NCBI GenBank assembly: GCA_026770705.1
Contig: JANJGN010000042.1
Location: 992,001 to 1,056,000 of the forward strand
Length of the DNA stretch: 64,000 nucleotides
Source: Isurus oxyrinchus
Taxonomy: Eukaryota
Reading direction: 5' to 3'
Under the pieces are notes generated by a model. The model was not told the DNA's origin. It was given only the letters and a program-made list of their open reading frames with translations, and searched no databases. Both the position numbers and the translations under genes were made by a program. Shown piece after piece: positions 21,701 to 33,309 of this stretch; position 1 is the first letter of the stretch; every line of letters starts with the position of its first letter.

Positions 21701-24700
21701 TTGCTTGTTTCTCTAATGGTTCTCATTATATTATTGTGCATTCCATTACAGTCAGCCCACCTATCTGCTTTAACTCGAATGATTATTTCAATTGATTCTA
21801 GTGCAAATAGTACTTTGCAACTCACTATCACACCTCTGATGTATAAATATCACACCAACTCCTGTTACATGGATGTTTTTGTTGGAATCCAAGCAGTAAC
21901 TTTCCAGGTTTATCACTGTCACACACGCACTTTTTTTTCCTCTATATATTACAGCTAACCTGATTGTAATCCTGTCTCGAAGAAGATGTGGTCTCTCTAA
22001 ATGTGTCACCTGCTACCTGGCGTCTATGGCGGTGACAGATCTCATGGTCATGGTCACAGCTATGATATTAAACTGGATTTCTGGGATCTATTTCCCATCC
22101 AGTTTTCTGTCCATCACACCAATATGCAGCCTCCGCATTGTCCTAATTTACATAGCCATAGACAGTGCTGTCTGGTTAACCGTTGCTTTCACCTTTGATC
22201 GATTTATGGCCATTTGTTGCCACAAGCTGAAAATAAAATATTGTACTGAGGAGATAGTGATGTGGGTGATCGGAACTGTGTGCACACTAACCTGCGTAAA
22301 AACACTTTCTTGCATTTTGTGTACGAACCTATGTACATAATTAACAATGTGCCCTGGTTCTGTGTCCTAAAATTAATGTTTTATACGTCATCTGCTTGGG
22401 CTGCATATGATTTAATTCGTTCTATTTTAATGCCCTGTCTTCCATTCATTCTGATTTTACTGCTCAATGCTCTGACAGTCAGACACATTTTACTGTCCAA
22501 TAGAGCCCGCAGGAGACTCTGGGCCCAGAGCAATGGAGAGAATCAGAGTGACCCGGAGATGGAGAATCGGAGAAAGTCAATGGTTTTGCTTTTCGCCATC
22601 TCGGGCAGTTTCATCCTGTTATATTTGTTATTTTTTGTTACGATCCTCTCCGTCCAGATTGCAAAGGTCATTTATTTCTCAGGTTCTGATTTCAATGGAT
22701 CGACATTTAACCTGGAAGAAACTGGATATATGCTTCAGTATTTGAGTTCCAGCATCAACCCGTTCATTTATGCTGGGACCCAGAGTAAATTCAGAGGCAA
22801 GTTTAAGAATGGGGTGAAATATCCACTGAGCCTAGTTGTTAAAATGTTTAATTTTTGAAATGTCGAAAATGCAACATGAATTCTGCATTAAACTCCAACA
22901 TTTAAATTTCTAGTTCGTGGCCCACATGGCCTCCCTTACAAGTTGCACTCGTTTGTAGACCCTTACCAGAACTATTGAAATGTATTAAGAACCTTGAATC
23001 TGCACACAAATCTGCACTGGAAACTGTCTTGCTGGAGTTCCACAAGTTCTTGCCTGTCGGGCCCTGACAGGCATTCCCAGCAACCTTGAGGGCGCCTGAA
23101 GCCAGAATACATTTTGGGCTTAGCACCAAGTGGCTCATGCAAGCACGAAATTTATATTATTCTTCCAAGGGATGCCACCCTCCCTGGAAAGGCCAGCAAA
23201 CATTTGGCATCAGTAAATATCCTTCCCAAGTCAGAGTCCTGGCTCTATGCACAGCCTAGGTATTCCTCCATTGCCCTCGCATTGGAGGGCATAGCGTCTT
23301 GAAGCTGTGCCTGATGATTACGCACCACCCACAGCTGCTTCAGTATCTGCCACCTCGGTGATGTCTCCAGATGTACTTGAGCATGCTGAATCGAAGCAAC
23401 GCCCCGGCCCTAAAATGTCTTCTGGGCATAATTGGCACCTACTCCTTCACACCTCTGATGTGCTTTCCAAACTGTGACACTCTGACTGCTTCTATGCGAT
23501 CATGCACCAACGTGGATCCACCTGCACAGCATACAAAGGAGAAAAGACGTGACTTACACTCTAAGAAAATTCTTTCTTGTCTTCCGATGCGGGATCTTCC
23601 TGCAGACGCCGATCTGGCTGCTGTTGTTCAAAACCTGCAAGAGATAGCAGCAATGAGAAGGCAACAAGTCCGTCTGACTAGTCAAGATCTGGAACCCCTT
23701 CTGACTAATGGGTGACATGTGCACTTCATGTTTTGTTCTCTGCAGAGGATCTCTTGCGCCGATGTTTTCATGCATTCACTCTCTTGGCGATCCACCTCCG
23801 TGTCATCATTAAAGATGTTCCACTCTGCCTTCATGCCTCACATATCCAAAGCCTCTTCATTCACAGGCATGATGCTGGCCATGCGTGTCTGCTACCTCCA
23901 GTTCTTTCCTTTCCCTTGTATTGTATTGGGCCTCAGCCTGCAAGAGAATAATTTACATTGTTGTTCGCCCATCAAAAGCTTGCCTCATGGCTATGGGTGT
24001 GGCAGCAATCTGTAAGTAATTGATCCACAAGCATGGCTTCTGCATGTGGCAATTAAATACCCTTTGTACAGGGGTGGTCACTGCCTCACCATTGTGTTGC
24101 ACAGAGAGGATAGCAGCATTACACAGGCAACAATGATTCTGACCCGATGTGCAGATCCTTCATCTGAATTCTCATTCGAAGCTGCCACCTCAATACTGTA
24201 TGCTGCAGTTTCCTTGCTTCCCATCATTGCCCCTCGTTCAGCACTGCATTACTGCCCACTTCCACACTTATCCCCATGTTTGCCCGCTTGGCCAACCTCC
24301 CGGTAGTGCCGCGAAAGAACAGAAATTGCCTTTGAGGGTCTGCAAACTGGCAGCCATCAATAAGTCGAGGTGGACCCATTTCTCCGCCCTCTGCCAAGTC
24401 TACAGTGTCGCTATCCCTTGCTGTTTCCTCGGAGATGCTGTCTTTGAAAGTAATGCTGGCTGCCCATGCATTTTGTTGGCAATCATATCTCCCCTGGTAC
24501 TTCCTGTCGCACACAACTAGGAATTGAAGGAGCAGAAAGGGTGACATATTAGAGGTCTTACCTGCATGGTGGCCGATCACAGGTTAAACAAAGAACAGGA
24601 AATGCAGTGCATATTTGCAGCTGGCCATTATGATTGGAACAATGTGGGAAATCGCCAGCAAACACAGTTAGCCCTGTAGTACTGCCTGTATGAAGCAGAA

Positions 24701-24734
24701 TACCATGTCACCCTTCTTACGACTTTTTAAAAAT

Positions 24735-25370
24735 TCATTCATGGAATGTAGAATTCGCTGCCTGGGCCAGCATTTATTGCCCATCTATAGTTTCCCTTGA
24801 GAAGGTGATGGTGAGCTGCCTTCTTGAACCGCTGCAGTCCATGTGGTATAGGTACACCCACAGTGCTTTAAGGGAGGGGGTTCCAGGATTCTGACCCATT
24901 GACAGTGAAGGAATAGTGAAATACTCCCAAGTCAAGACGGTGAGTGGCCTGGAGAGGAATTTACAGGTAGTGGTGTTCCCATCTATCTGCTGCCCTTATC
25001 CATCTAGATGGTAGTGGCCGTGAGTTTGGAAGGTACTGTCGAATGAGCCTTGGTGAAGTTCTGCAGTGCATCTTATAGATGGTACACACTGCTGCTACTG
25101 TGCTTTGGTGGTGGAGTGATTGAATGTTTGTGGATGTGGTACCAATCATGCGGTCTGAGTTGTCTTGGATGGTGTCAAGCTTCTTAAGTGTTGTTGGACC
25201 TGCACTCAACCAGGCAAGTGGAGAGCATTCAATCACATTGCCCTGTGCCTCGTAGATGTTTGGCAAGCTTTTTGGGGGGTGGGGTGGAATGGTGGGGGTC
25301 GGGAGCGGTCAGAAGGTGAGTTACTCATCTCACGACTCCTAGGCTCTGACATGATATTGTACCCACAATA
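24735..25370 (-). mobile_element. HER1-like (CR1-group) LINE 3' fragment
   Basis: ORF 24961-25266 YEAQGNVIECSPLAWLSAGPTTLKKLDTIQD is a LINE RT C-terminal region. Its 3' tail is shared with the HE1-like SINE copies in this window. Confidence 0.75.
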
Positions 25371-25556
25371 TCTGATATCAGAAACTATCCCAACCAATGA
25401 ACAGCTCATGTTCTCACACTGAACACGCTGCACCAAACAAATATATCATTAACTTCCCAGTGCCTAGGTCTGATTACAGTTGTCGACTGAATCCATGGCA
25501 TCTCACAGGGAATTCACAAAATTCCCCTTCGGTGGTGTGCCTCAGAATTTGACGAT

Positions 25557-26228
25557 TGTGACAGTTACTAAGAAGGGAATATTTTAAACTGCTTCTTTTA
25601 CCCAGAACCTGCGAAGAATCAAATCAAATGTTTAACACCTTGGCAGGAGAGGACATTTATTAGGCTGGGGGGGCGGGGGGAGGGGTTAAAGTTGTACGTA
25701 CAGCTGAAAGACAAGGAGAGGGAGACTGAAATAGCGGCTGCTGCTGTTCAAGTCCGAGGTCAAGTGTGTTATGGGTCTGCCATTATGCAGGATGCTGGTA
25801 GAGATTCATTCTGCTTTTCGAGGTGATGCCATTTGTGGAGATATAAGGAACAAATAGTTCCCGGTGTGGGTCTCACTGCTGGAATTCGATCCTGGGTAAC
25901 TAAGAACACTGGGAACAAAGGCATTGAAAGGACACCAGAAGACATCCCAGTGAAACGTGAGCCTACTGAAAATATGGGGGCAGTTTGGAATTGAATATTC
26001 ACGGCTATATACAGGTTGGGAGCATGGTAATATTTATTTCGTTGTATTAATCAGTTAATGGCAAAGCAGCTTTGCATTTAGTTACTTGGATTAGTTGGCA
26101 ATTAAGCAGTGCTTAGTAGATGCCTACATTAGCTTGCTTGTCAGGGTAAGTGGTTTGAAATGTGAAACATTATCACTGGGAAATCCATCTCATCTTTAAA
26201 GATATTGGTCTCTATCGGGATCTTAACA
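25557..26228. mobile_element. Possible solo LTR
   Basis: Bounded by TGTGAC (25557) and CTTAACA (26228), i.e. TG..CA termini. No clean TSD found. Confidence 0.3.
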
Positions 26229-27169
26229 TGAATCAGGTGCTGAACACACTTGCTCACATCGCCTCCCACTTCCCCCCGCCCCCTACCCCCGCCCAGACAT
26301 CACAGGCGACACACTCCTGGGTAATTCTCTGCCTCTGACTAATTGTTACCAGAGCTCAACATGTTTTTTCACCTGCTGATGAAGGTCAGTGAACCTGATC
26401 CAGGCTAAACTCCCCATTAACAGCCACAGATTGAAAAGCCAGGCAGAGCAGAAGGGGTCTCCAAAAAATTGCAGGGAAACATTAACACAAAACACAACTC
26501 AGACCCACAGATTTGTGAGACTGGACATTGGGTTTTTCCATGTGTGAGACAACTATTCTCTCACCAAAAGCCTGCCACCCACCTCCCCACCCTCCCCCGC
26601 CACCCCCCACCCCCACCACCCAAGCGAAGTGCGCTGTAATAGAACAGTGAACAGTGCACGTTTATTTTATTGAAGGAGCACCACTTTGCAGAAGTCTTCA
26701 AATCCACCTAACTGCCTTACCAGCGCCTTGAACTCTAGCTCTAGAGACCACCTTGAGGGGCTTCATGGACCACAATACGCAGGCCGCGAGTTGAGCAAGG
26801 CTGAAAGATTACAGATAGTTTGATATATTTCCTTTATATGCTATCATACAAGATGCTTTCTCTCGAGCTGCATAATGTTTTATTTGCAAAACTGTATACT
26901 CCACAATAATTGCTGATGTATGTACTGGTGCTGGCATGTAGAGAAACGGTTCCAGAGGTTGTAGTAAAAGGTGTTTGGTGACTTGCCTAAAATGTACTTT
27001 TGGTGCTATGCGGCATGTGAGGGTTTGGAAGAGATTGCGGCAGTGAAAAGGCAGAATCAATGCCCTGCAGGCCGCTTAGTGCTGGGCCAGCACGGCATTA
27101 ATTTGTTATCGGTTTGTGGGAAAGAAACAATGGAGTATTTCTCTGATATATTATATACACATAAATATT

Positions 27170-27585
27170 CCACAATTCACAACCGTAGGGCGCCTAAAAA
27201 TTGTTTGCACCAATAACGCAATTTGGAAATGTGATCACTGTTGAAATATACCAGGTTACTGGGGAATTCCACACTGTAAACTCTCACAAACAACATTGAG
27301 ATCATGACCTGGTAATTTGATTTTGTGATGTTGATAGGGTGATAAGTTTTGGCAAGGTCACCAGAATAACTCTCTTGCCCTTCTTCAAAATGGCGTTAGG
27401 GCATCTATTCCCGTCAGCGACCATGGGCCATAATTATTGCTTAGGCATCTTATCAGAATGAACGTACCTCCGATAGCACAGTGCTCCCTTAGTTCTCCAG
27501 TGGAGTGACAGACATGGCACTTGTGTTCGTACCCTAGAGTGTGTAGTTTGCCTCAAAAGTGAGAGTGCTGTCAGCTGAGTCACGG
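27170..27585 (-). mobile_element. Deu-domain-like (SacSINE/AmnSINE-type) SINE
   Basis: Homologous by eye to 40040-40865 (cttcttcaaaatgg, acctccgatagcacagtgctccct, gagagtgct..ctgagtc). Family name is from recall of the consensus. Confidence 0.55.
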
Positions 27586-27880
27586 TAAATACTAACGGAT
27601 TGGAACACAATGTTCCAAATGCAGCATTTGCTCAACATATTGGCGGGCGCAGAGGGTTGACAAGGTATGTCACTGTCAAACACAGCACTGATATCCCAAA
27701 TGATATGTTTGTTTCAAATCAACATTACTGGCCTATTGCAAAATATAACGGACGTTTTACTTTACATGTATGTATCTATACAACTATTTATTTATTTTAG
27801 ACCAGCTACCCAATCCTAGGTTACCTCGGATCCAATGCTCGCTTTACTAGCTAACTCTGTACTGACTCCAGTGTAAGTAG

Positions 27881-28915
27881 TTCCTTCCTGAGATGCAGAG
27901 AATAAAACCACACTCAGTATTCCAAGTGCAGACTCACAAACTCCTGTTTTCCATTCTTACAATCAAAGTCACATATCTGCGCATTTGCCAACTTGTACCC
28001 ACTGACTCAACCTCTCCGGATCTCTTTGCAGCCTCTCCACATCCTCATCACAACCTGCATTTCCACCAAATATTCTATCTTCTGAAAAATTCATTACATT
28101 ATTCCATGTCACTGTCTAAGCCATGAAAATGAAGAGTCATAGTTGAGGCCACAGGACCTGTCCTTGCGGGTGCCAAAAAGATACAAGTGGCCAACCTGGA
28201 AGTCTTCACTTAAAGCATCACTTTTCTAGCTGTCTGTAACCGCTCCTCCATTCATGTTAAAATATTACTACTAAGCGAATGAACCCTATTACAGTCTGTT
28301 ATTATTTTGCATGGAACCTTTAAAAAGCACATTTGGAAATCCAGATAAATTGCCTTAAATGTTTTCACATTTAGTTACCTATTAGTTACATTGGTCTCCT
28401 TATGTCAGGAAAAATATAAATGCACTTTTTCAGAGAAAGTTTACTAGATGCTTAACAGGAAAGAGTGGGTTGCCTTCTGAGGCGAGGCTTCTGTCCACTG
28501 TAGTTTAAAAGGTTAAGTGGTGACTTGACTGAAACATATAAAACCCTGAGGGGCCTTGGCAGGGAGGATGTGGAAAGGATGGTTAATTCTGTGGGGGAAT
28601 CAAGATCTCAGATAACTGTTGCAAAATAAGGGGTCACCTATTTAGGACAGAGATGAGGAAAAACTTGATTTTTCTCCCAGGCGGTTATCAGACTTTCGAA
28701 TTCTTTTCCTCAAAAGGTGATTGAGGTAGCGTCCTGGGATACCTTTCAGGTAGAGGTAAATATTTTCTTGATACGCAACGGCGTGAAACATTACCAGGTG
28801 TAGCCTGGAATGTGAAGTTGAAGTTAAAACTAGATCAGCCACAAACTTATTGAATGGTGCAGCAGGGTCCAGGGCCAAGTAGCTTACGGCTGCTCCTAAT
28901 TCGTATGTTCGTATG
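27881..28915. mobile_element. CR1 insertion with inverted 5' segment (27881-28385, minus) joined to the 3' segment (28391-28915, plus)
   Basis: The minus part reads from the YLDFQ region down to HLEY..LRKE. The plus part starts WSPYVRKN and runs to the tcgtatgttcgtatg tail. Confidence 0.65.
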
Positions 28916-29149
28916 CATGTACACTTACTCAAACATTTCCAATAACATTATAGAACATGATTGCTCTTTTATAAATTCATGTTTTACCTGCGTGATCAGA
29001 CAATGAGTTTACAAGTACAGTATTTCAATTCCAGCATTGGGCCAACTGCTGATTCAGGCTAACTGGCAGTTTATCTCTGTTTTCTCTCTCTTTCCTTTCT
29101 GAAAAGCTGTGTTGCATTTGCAAATGCTCATTCTGCCGAGCCCACTTCA

Positions 29150-30550
29150 GAAACTATGGGATGATGGGGGAGACCAGCACATCACGGAAAAAGACACGGT
29201 TGAATTATTTGCAAGCATCTTCATCCAGAGGTGCCAACCGGATGATTCATTTAGGCCTCCTCCTGAGGTCCCCATAATCACAGATGCCACTTTGATCCAA
29301 TGTCAAGAAATGACTGAAGGCGCTGGATACGGAAAAGGCTTTGACGCCCTGAAAACATTCCGGCAAAAAAAATGATGGATTGTAAAGGATAAATTGCAAC
29401 CTGCTCAACTTGCTGCGCCCCAAGCCAAGATTTTTAGTTGCAGCTGCAACATAGGCTTCTACCGGCAATGTGGAAAAGCGCCCAGGTATGCCTTGTCCAC
29501 AAAAAGAAACAGGGTGAGCCCAATCCGGTCAATAATGACCCAAATATTCTGCGCTCGATCATCAGCCGCCTAAAGGCAGGTATCATTGACACTGATATTA
29601 AGCAGCTCATACACTGCAATAACCTGCCAAATGAAGTTCTGCCTGGATTCCACTCTACTCCTGACCTTCCCTCAATCTGGTTTTCAACATGTACAAAAGC
29701 TGAACTCACGGGATAAGGTTCCTGTCACTGCCCTTCACATCAAGGCAATAGTTTACACATGAGTGACATCACGGAGCAGCTGAACAAAGTGTGGAATTAA
29801 GGAGCAGTTGCAAAACAATAATTCAATCGGAATCAAGCACTCTGCTTGGAGCAATTGCTAGAAATAGCTAGCAGAACGGCTGCTGGAAACCAATCAATGA
29901 AGATCTCGAAAAAGGGACAATCTTACCATATAGCCTTGCCAATTAATGTCATTCCCATAGCTGAATTACATCAGGTTTAATATCCCTGGGTTTACCATTG
30001 ATCTGAAACTCAACTGCACCAGCTTTATAAATACTTTGGCTACAAGAGCAGGTCATGGACTGAGAATATTGTAGCGAATAATTCAGTTCCATACTCTCCA
30101 AAGCCTGACAAGTTTCTACAAAGAACAAATCAAGACTATGATGCATTGTTCTACATTTACCTGGATGATTGTGGCTGCAGCAACTTTCAAGAAGCTTGAC
30201 ATCATTCTGGGTAAAGAAACTTTCTTGACTGGTGCTACATCCAGCGATTTAAGCATTCACTCCTCCCAGGGTCGACGTAGAAGTACAGCAGTGTGTATCA
30301 TTTCCAAGATGTACTGCACCTCCTTCTACATGCTCCGTCGAAACCTTCCAACCCTATGATGACCCCGAATGAAAAGGGCAAGATAAGCAAACGCATGGGT
30401 ATGGCATCACTTGCAAATTGCCCTCAAAGCCACACACCTTCCTGACTTTGACCAATATCACCGTCCATTAGCTGCCACGTGATCAAAATCCGACAGCTCC
30501 CTCCCCAACAGCACCTTGGGTGTAGGTTCACCATATAGACTGCAGCGGGT
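29150..30550 (+). mobile_element. HER1-like LINE RT fragment
   Basis: LPAMWKSAQVCLVHKK and WMIVAAATFKKLDII motifs; homologous to 24735-25370 and 41040-41940. Confidence 0.7.
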
Positions 30551-30554
30551 CTTA

Positions 30555-31470
30555 TCATTGCCACAGAGGGAGTGCAACGAAGACTCATTCAACTACTTCA
30601 CGGGATGGAGGGATTGTCCAGTGAGAAAAAATTAAATAGACAAGGCCGTTATTCTCTGGAGTTCAGAAGAATGACAGGTGATCACATGCAAAGGTGCAAA
30701 ATTCTCACACGGCTTCACAGAGTAGATGCAGGCAGCATGTTTCGCTTGGCCAGTTTGTCGAGCACCAGGGAACACAGACTCTGAATGGACCGCCGGCCAA
30801 TGAGGCATGAGATAAGGAGGGATTCCTTTAGCCGGAGGGCTGTGACTCTTTGTAAGCCTTTGCCTGAGAGGTCTGTGGTGCGCAGCCACTGATTATGCGC
30901 AAGACTGAGGTCGATAGATTTCGACACATTAAAAAACATTAAGGACACAGGTATAATGCAGAAAAATCTTTTTTCAAGTAGAAGATCAGCACGAACAAAT
31001 TGAACAGAGGAGCGGGGTCGGACTGCTGAACAGCCTAAGCCTACTCTAATTTCTTATGATCTTACGTTGAAGAAGGGCACTCAGCCTACGCTTTTTCAGT
31101 GAAAATTAGGCATGGGAAAAAAACTGACATTTCCATCGATGCCACATCACATGAAAGGAGAAAATAATACTTAGAACTATGGGGCATAGTCTCAAAGAAA
31201 CTGTTGATCCTGTTTGTCCTGAGAGAATGGGGTTTGACACTCTTTGGAATTCGCTGCCCCATAGAGGTGTGAATTCTCAAATGTTGAATCTAATCAAGGC
31301 AGATGTCGATAGACATTTGGATGCTGCGGGGATTACGGGACATGAGGTACTGAACGACGTTGGACCAGAGATGAAATATCAGCCAAGAGCTTTCGTAATG
31401 GCAGACCTGGCTCAAAAGGCCAAATAGCCTATTGCAGTTCATATTTCTAACTGTTTGAAGGTTCTTATGA
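30555..31470 (+). mobile_element. Two tandem CR1 3'-end fragments (~30555-31065, ~31160-31470)
   Basis: ORF 30572-30784 (VQRRLIQLLHGMEGLSSEKKLNRQGRYSLEFRRM) and LWNSLP motif, each followed by a CR1 3' UTR. Confidence 0.7.
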
Positions 31471-32479
31471 GCGACCACAGTGAGTGGACAGAATGGGAGA
31501 CAAGCCTTTTCGGAGACGAGGGGGATAGGGTAAAAATGTAAATGTAAAATAAAACGCTGAGCCCAGCCAGAAATTGCAACTCTGGGAAAGGGACGCTGGC
31601 CAGTGAATGCAGAACTGTATTCAGTGAGAGACAATAGTTTGATGGAGGAGAGGGAAAGGAGCCAGGGGCTGTAAGTAAAAAAAAAACATAAATACTTCGC
31701 AAAATCGAAGATGAAGCAAAAGTCTGAGCATCCACAGACAAAAAAGAGGAAGCAAAACCAGCCCGTCCTCTCCCATTTCGATAATTCAAATGTTCACGAA
31801 ATTAGCAGTTATAACGTTCTGTGAAGGCCACGTTACCCTCCACACTGAAGGCTTAACCAAATGCATGAAGCCAACAAGAATATGCAAATTCAGGGAGGGG
31901 ACGGGAGGAAACGGATAGAGTGTAGATCTGAATTAAGACAAATTTTGAGTCTGAGGGCCAGGTGATCCCGTGAGGAAGGACATGAATCCAACCAGAATCA
32001 ACACATTCGTGGAGGAGAGGCAACGGAACCAATGATTGTAGAAGTCAATGCAGTCAGATTGAGCAACTTCAGAGGAGCCATAGGTCCTCTCCAGACTGAA
32101 ACGATCTAAAGTTGATTAGTTGCATTGTTTAAGAATGGCTGTGTTAGAATTGGGAGACAGAATATATGTCGTGCTACCTGGAGTGAAGAAATTAATGTTA
32201 AAGATAAAATTTTGGTTTATATTTCGGAGCAGTGTGATTCGAGACTCGATGGGACGGGTACTAAAAGCTACTGTGGGATAAGAAATGAAAGAATGATCAA
32301 TATAAAGTAGAAATTCAAATGTGGAAATCATACCCTTTAGTATCCATCATGTTATTTAATCCCTTTCTTTGATGTCTTAGGCAGTACCTCTGGATAGATG
32401 ATAAATTCCTTCTATTGTGTATTGACGGGTTCTAAGGTGGCCGGTAACCCCAAGGTGTCTTCACAAAACCGTTCCACAT

Positions 32480-32660
32480 TATGTCCAAATGCAGCAAGAC
32501 CTGGAAATATCCAGGCTTGGGCTGACAAGAGGCAAGTAACATTCGTGCCACACAAATGCCAGAAAATGATCATCTGCAACAAGCGAGAATCTAATCATCA
32601 CCTTTTGATGTTCAATGTCATTACCATCACTGAAAACTCCACTATCAACAACTTGGGGGG
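32480..32660 (+). mobile_element. HER1-like LINE RT fragment
   Basis: NIQAWADKRQVTFVPHKCQ motif; homologous to 41050-41220. Confidence 0.65.
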
Positions 32661-33309
32661 CACTCAGGCATTCACCCGTCTTAAATACATTAGTGTTCAC
32701 AAAGGGGCTGCAGGAGACAGATTTGGCAGTTGTTGCTGCTTCTAATCACATCCAAGATTGAGCAGTGTCCATTCCAACGGTTGTGACATGCTTCTGTTGA
32801 TGTTTAAAACACTGAATAGCCGGGCTTGATTTTAATAGTTCATACCCTGGAAATATATCAAATAAAGTAAGAGAGGAAGTGCAATTATTTAAGTAGCTCA
32901 ATTATAACTCGAGTATCTCTATAAATCCACTGGGAGTTAACTTTCATGTTTGTAACGGACATGGTATTGAGGTTACTGTGGCTAATTGCCGGCTGAAAAG
33001 ATGTGCCATGCAGTACTGCCGGCATCCAGCAGATGGAGGTGTCTCGGCTTTAAATTCTAACATGCGTGTAAGTGCTTGCGAGATCAGGATGAGTCCGCGA
33101 AGCTCAGCATCAGAACAAACTTGCCCACTTGTAAATCCGAAACTATCTACTCCCCTTGTGTCACTCAGCGTCAAACACTGGACAAACTGACCCCGCACTG
33201 ACATCACAAACTGCCCCCAACCTGGGGCAATGCAGGATCAGACGGTGAACGCTGAGGGCCACACCCTGTAGTCATAAACTTCCCACTCCCTGAAGAAGCT
33301 CAGGGGAGG

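Larger units (their letters stand above)
19830..22858 (+). pseudogene. GPR139/GPR142-like class A GPCR, paralog 2 (exon 1 19830-19899, exon 2 21955-22858); single -1 frameshift, possibly an intact gene with an assembly error
   Basis: Exon 1 MHVSPKSLLFAIYYPVLAAIGIP, G|gtaaa donor at 19900, tacag acceptor ending 21954. In frame through ANLIVILSRRRCGLSKCVTCYLASMAVTDL..AFTFDRFMAICC. One A is missing in the run 22298-22302; then ..PCLPFILILLLN..NPFIY..TGA. Repaired length ~324 aa. Confidence 0.85.

Noticed and set aside
22290-22310. Programmed -1 ribosomal frameshift rescuing GPCR paralog 2
   Set aside because: The zero-frame sequence A_AAA_ACA is not an X_XXY_YYZ slippery heptamer, and paralog 1 is in frame at this position.
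22900-24600. Possible decayed LTR/DIRS-type coding remnant downstream of GPCR paralog 2
   Set aside because: Only vague motif resemblance; I could not identify RT, RNase H or recombinase motifs with confidence.
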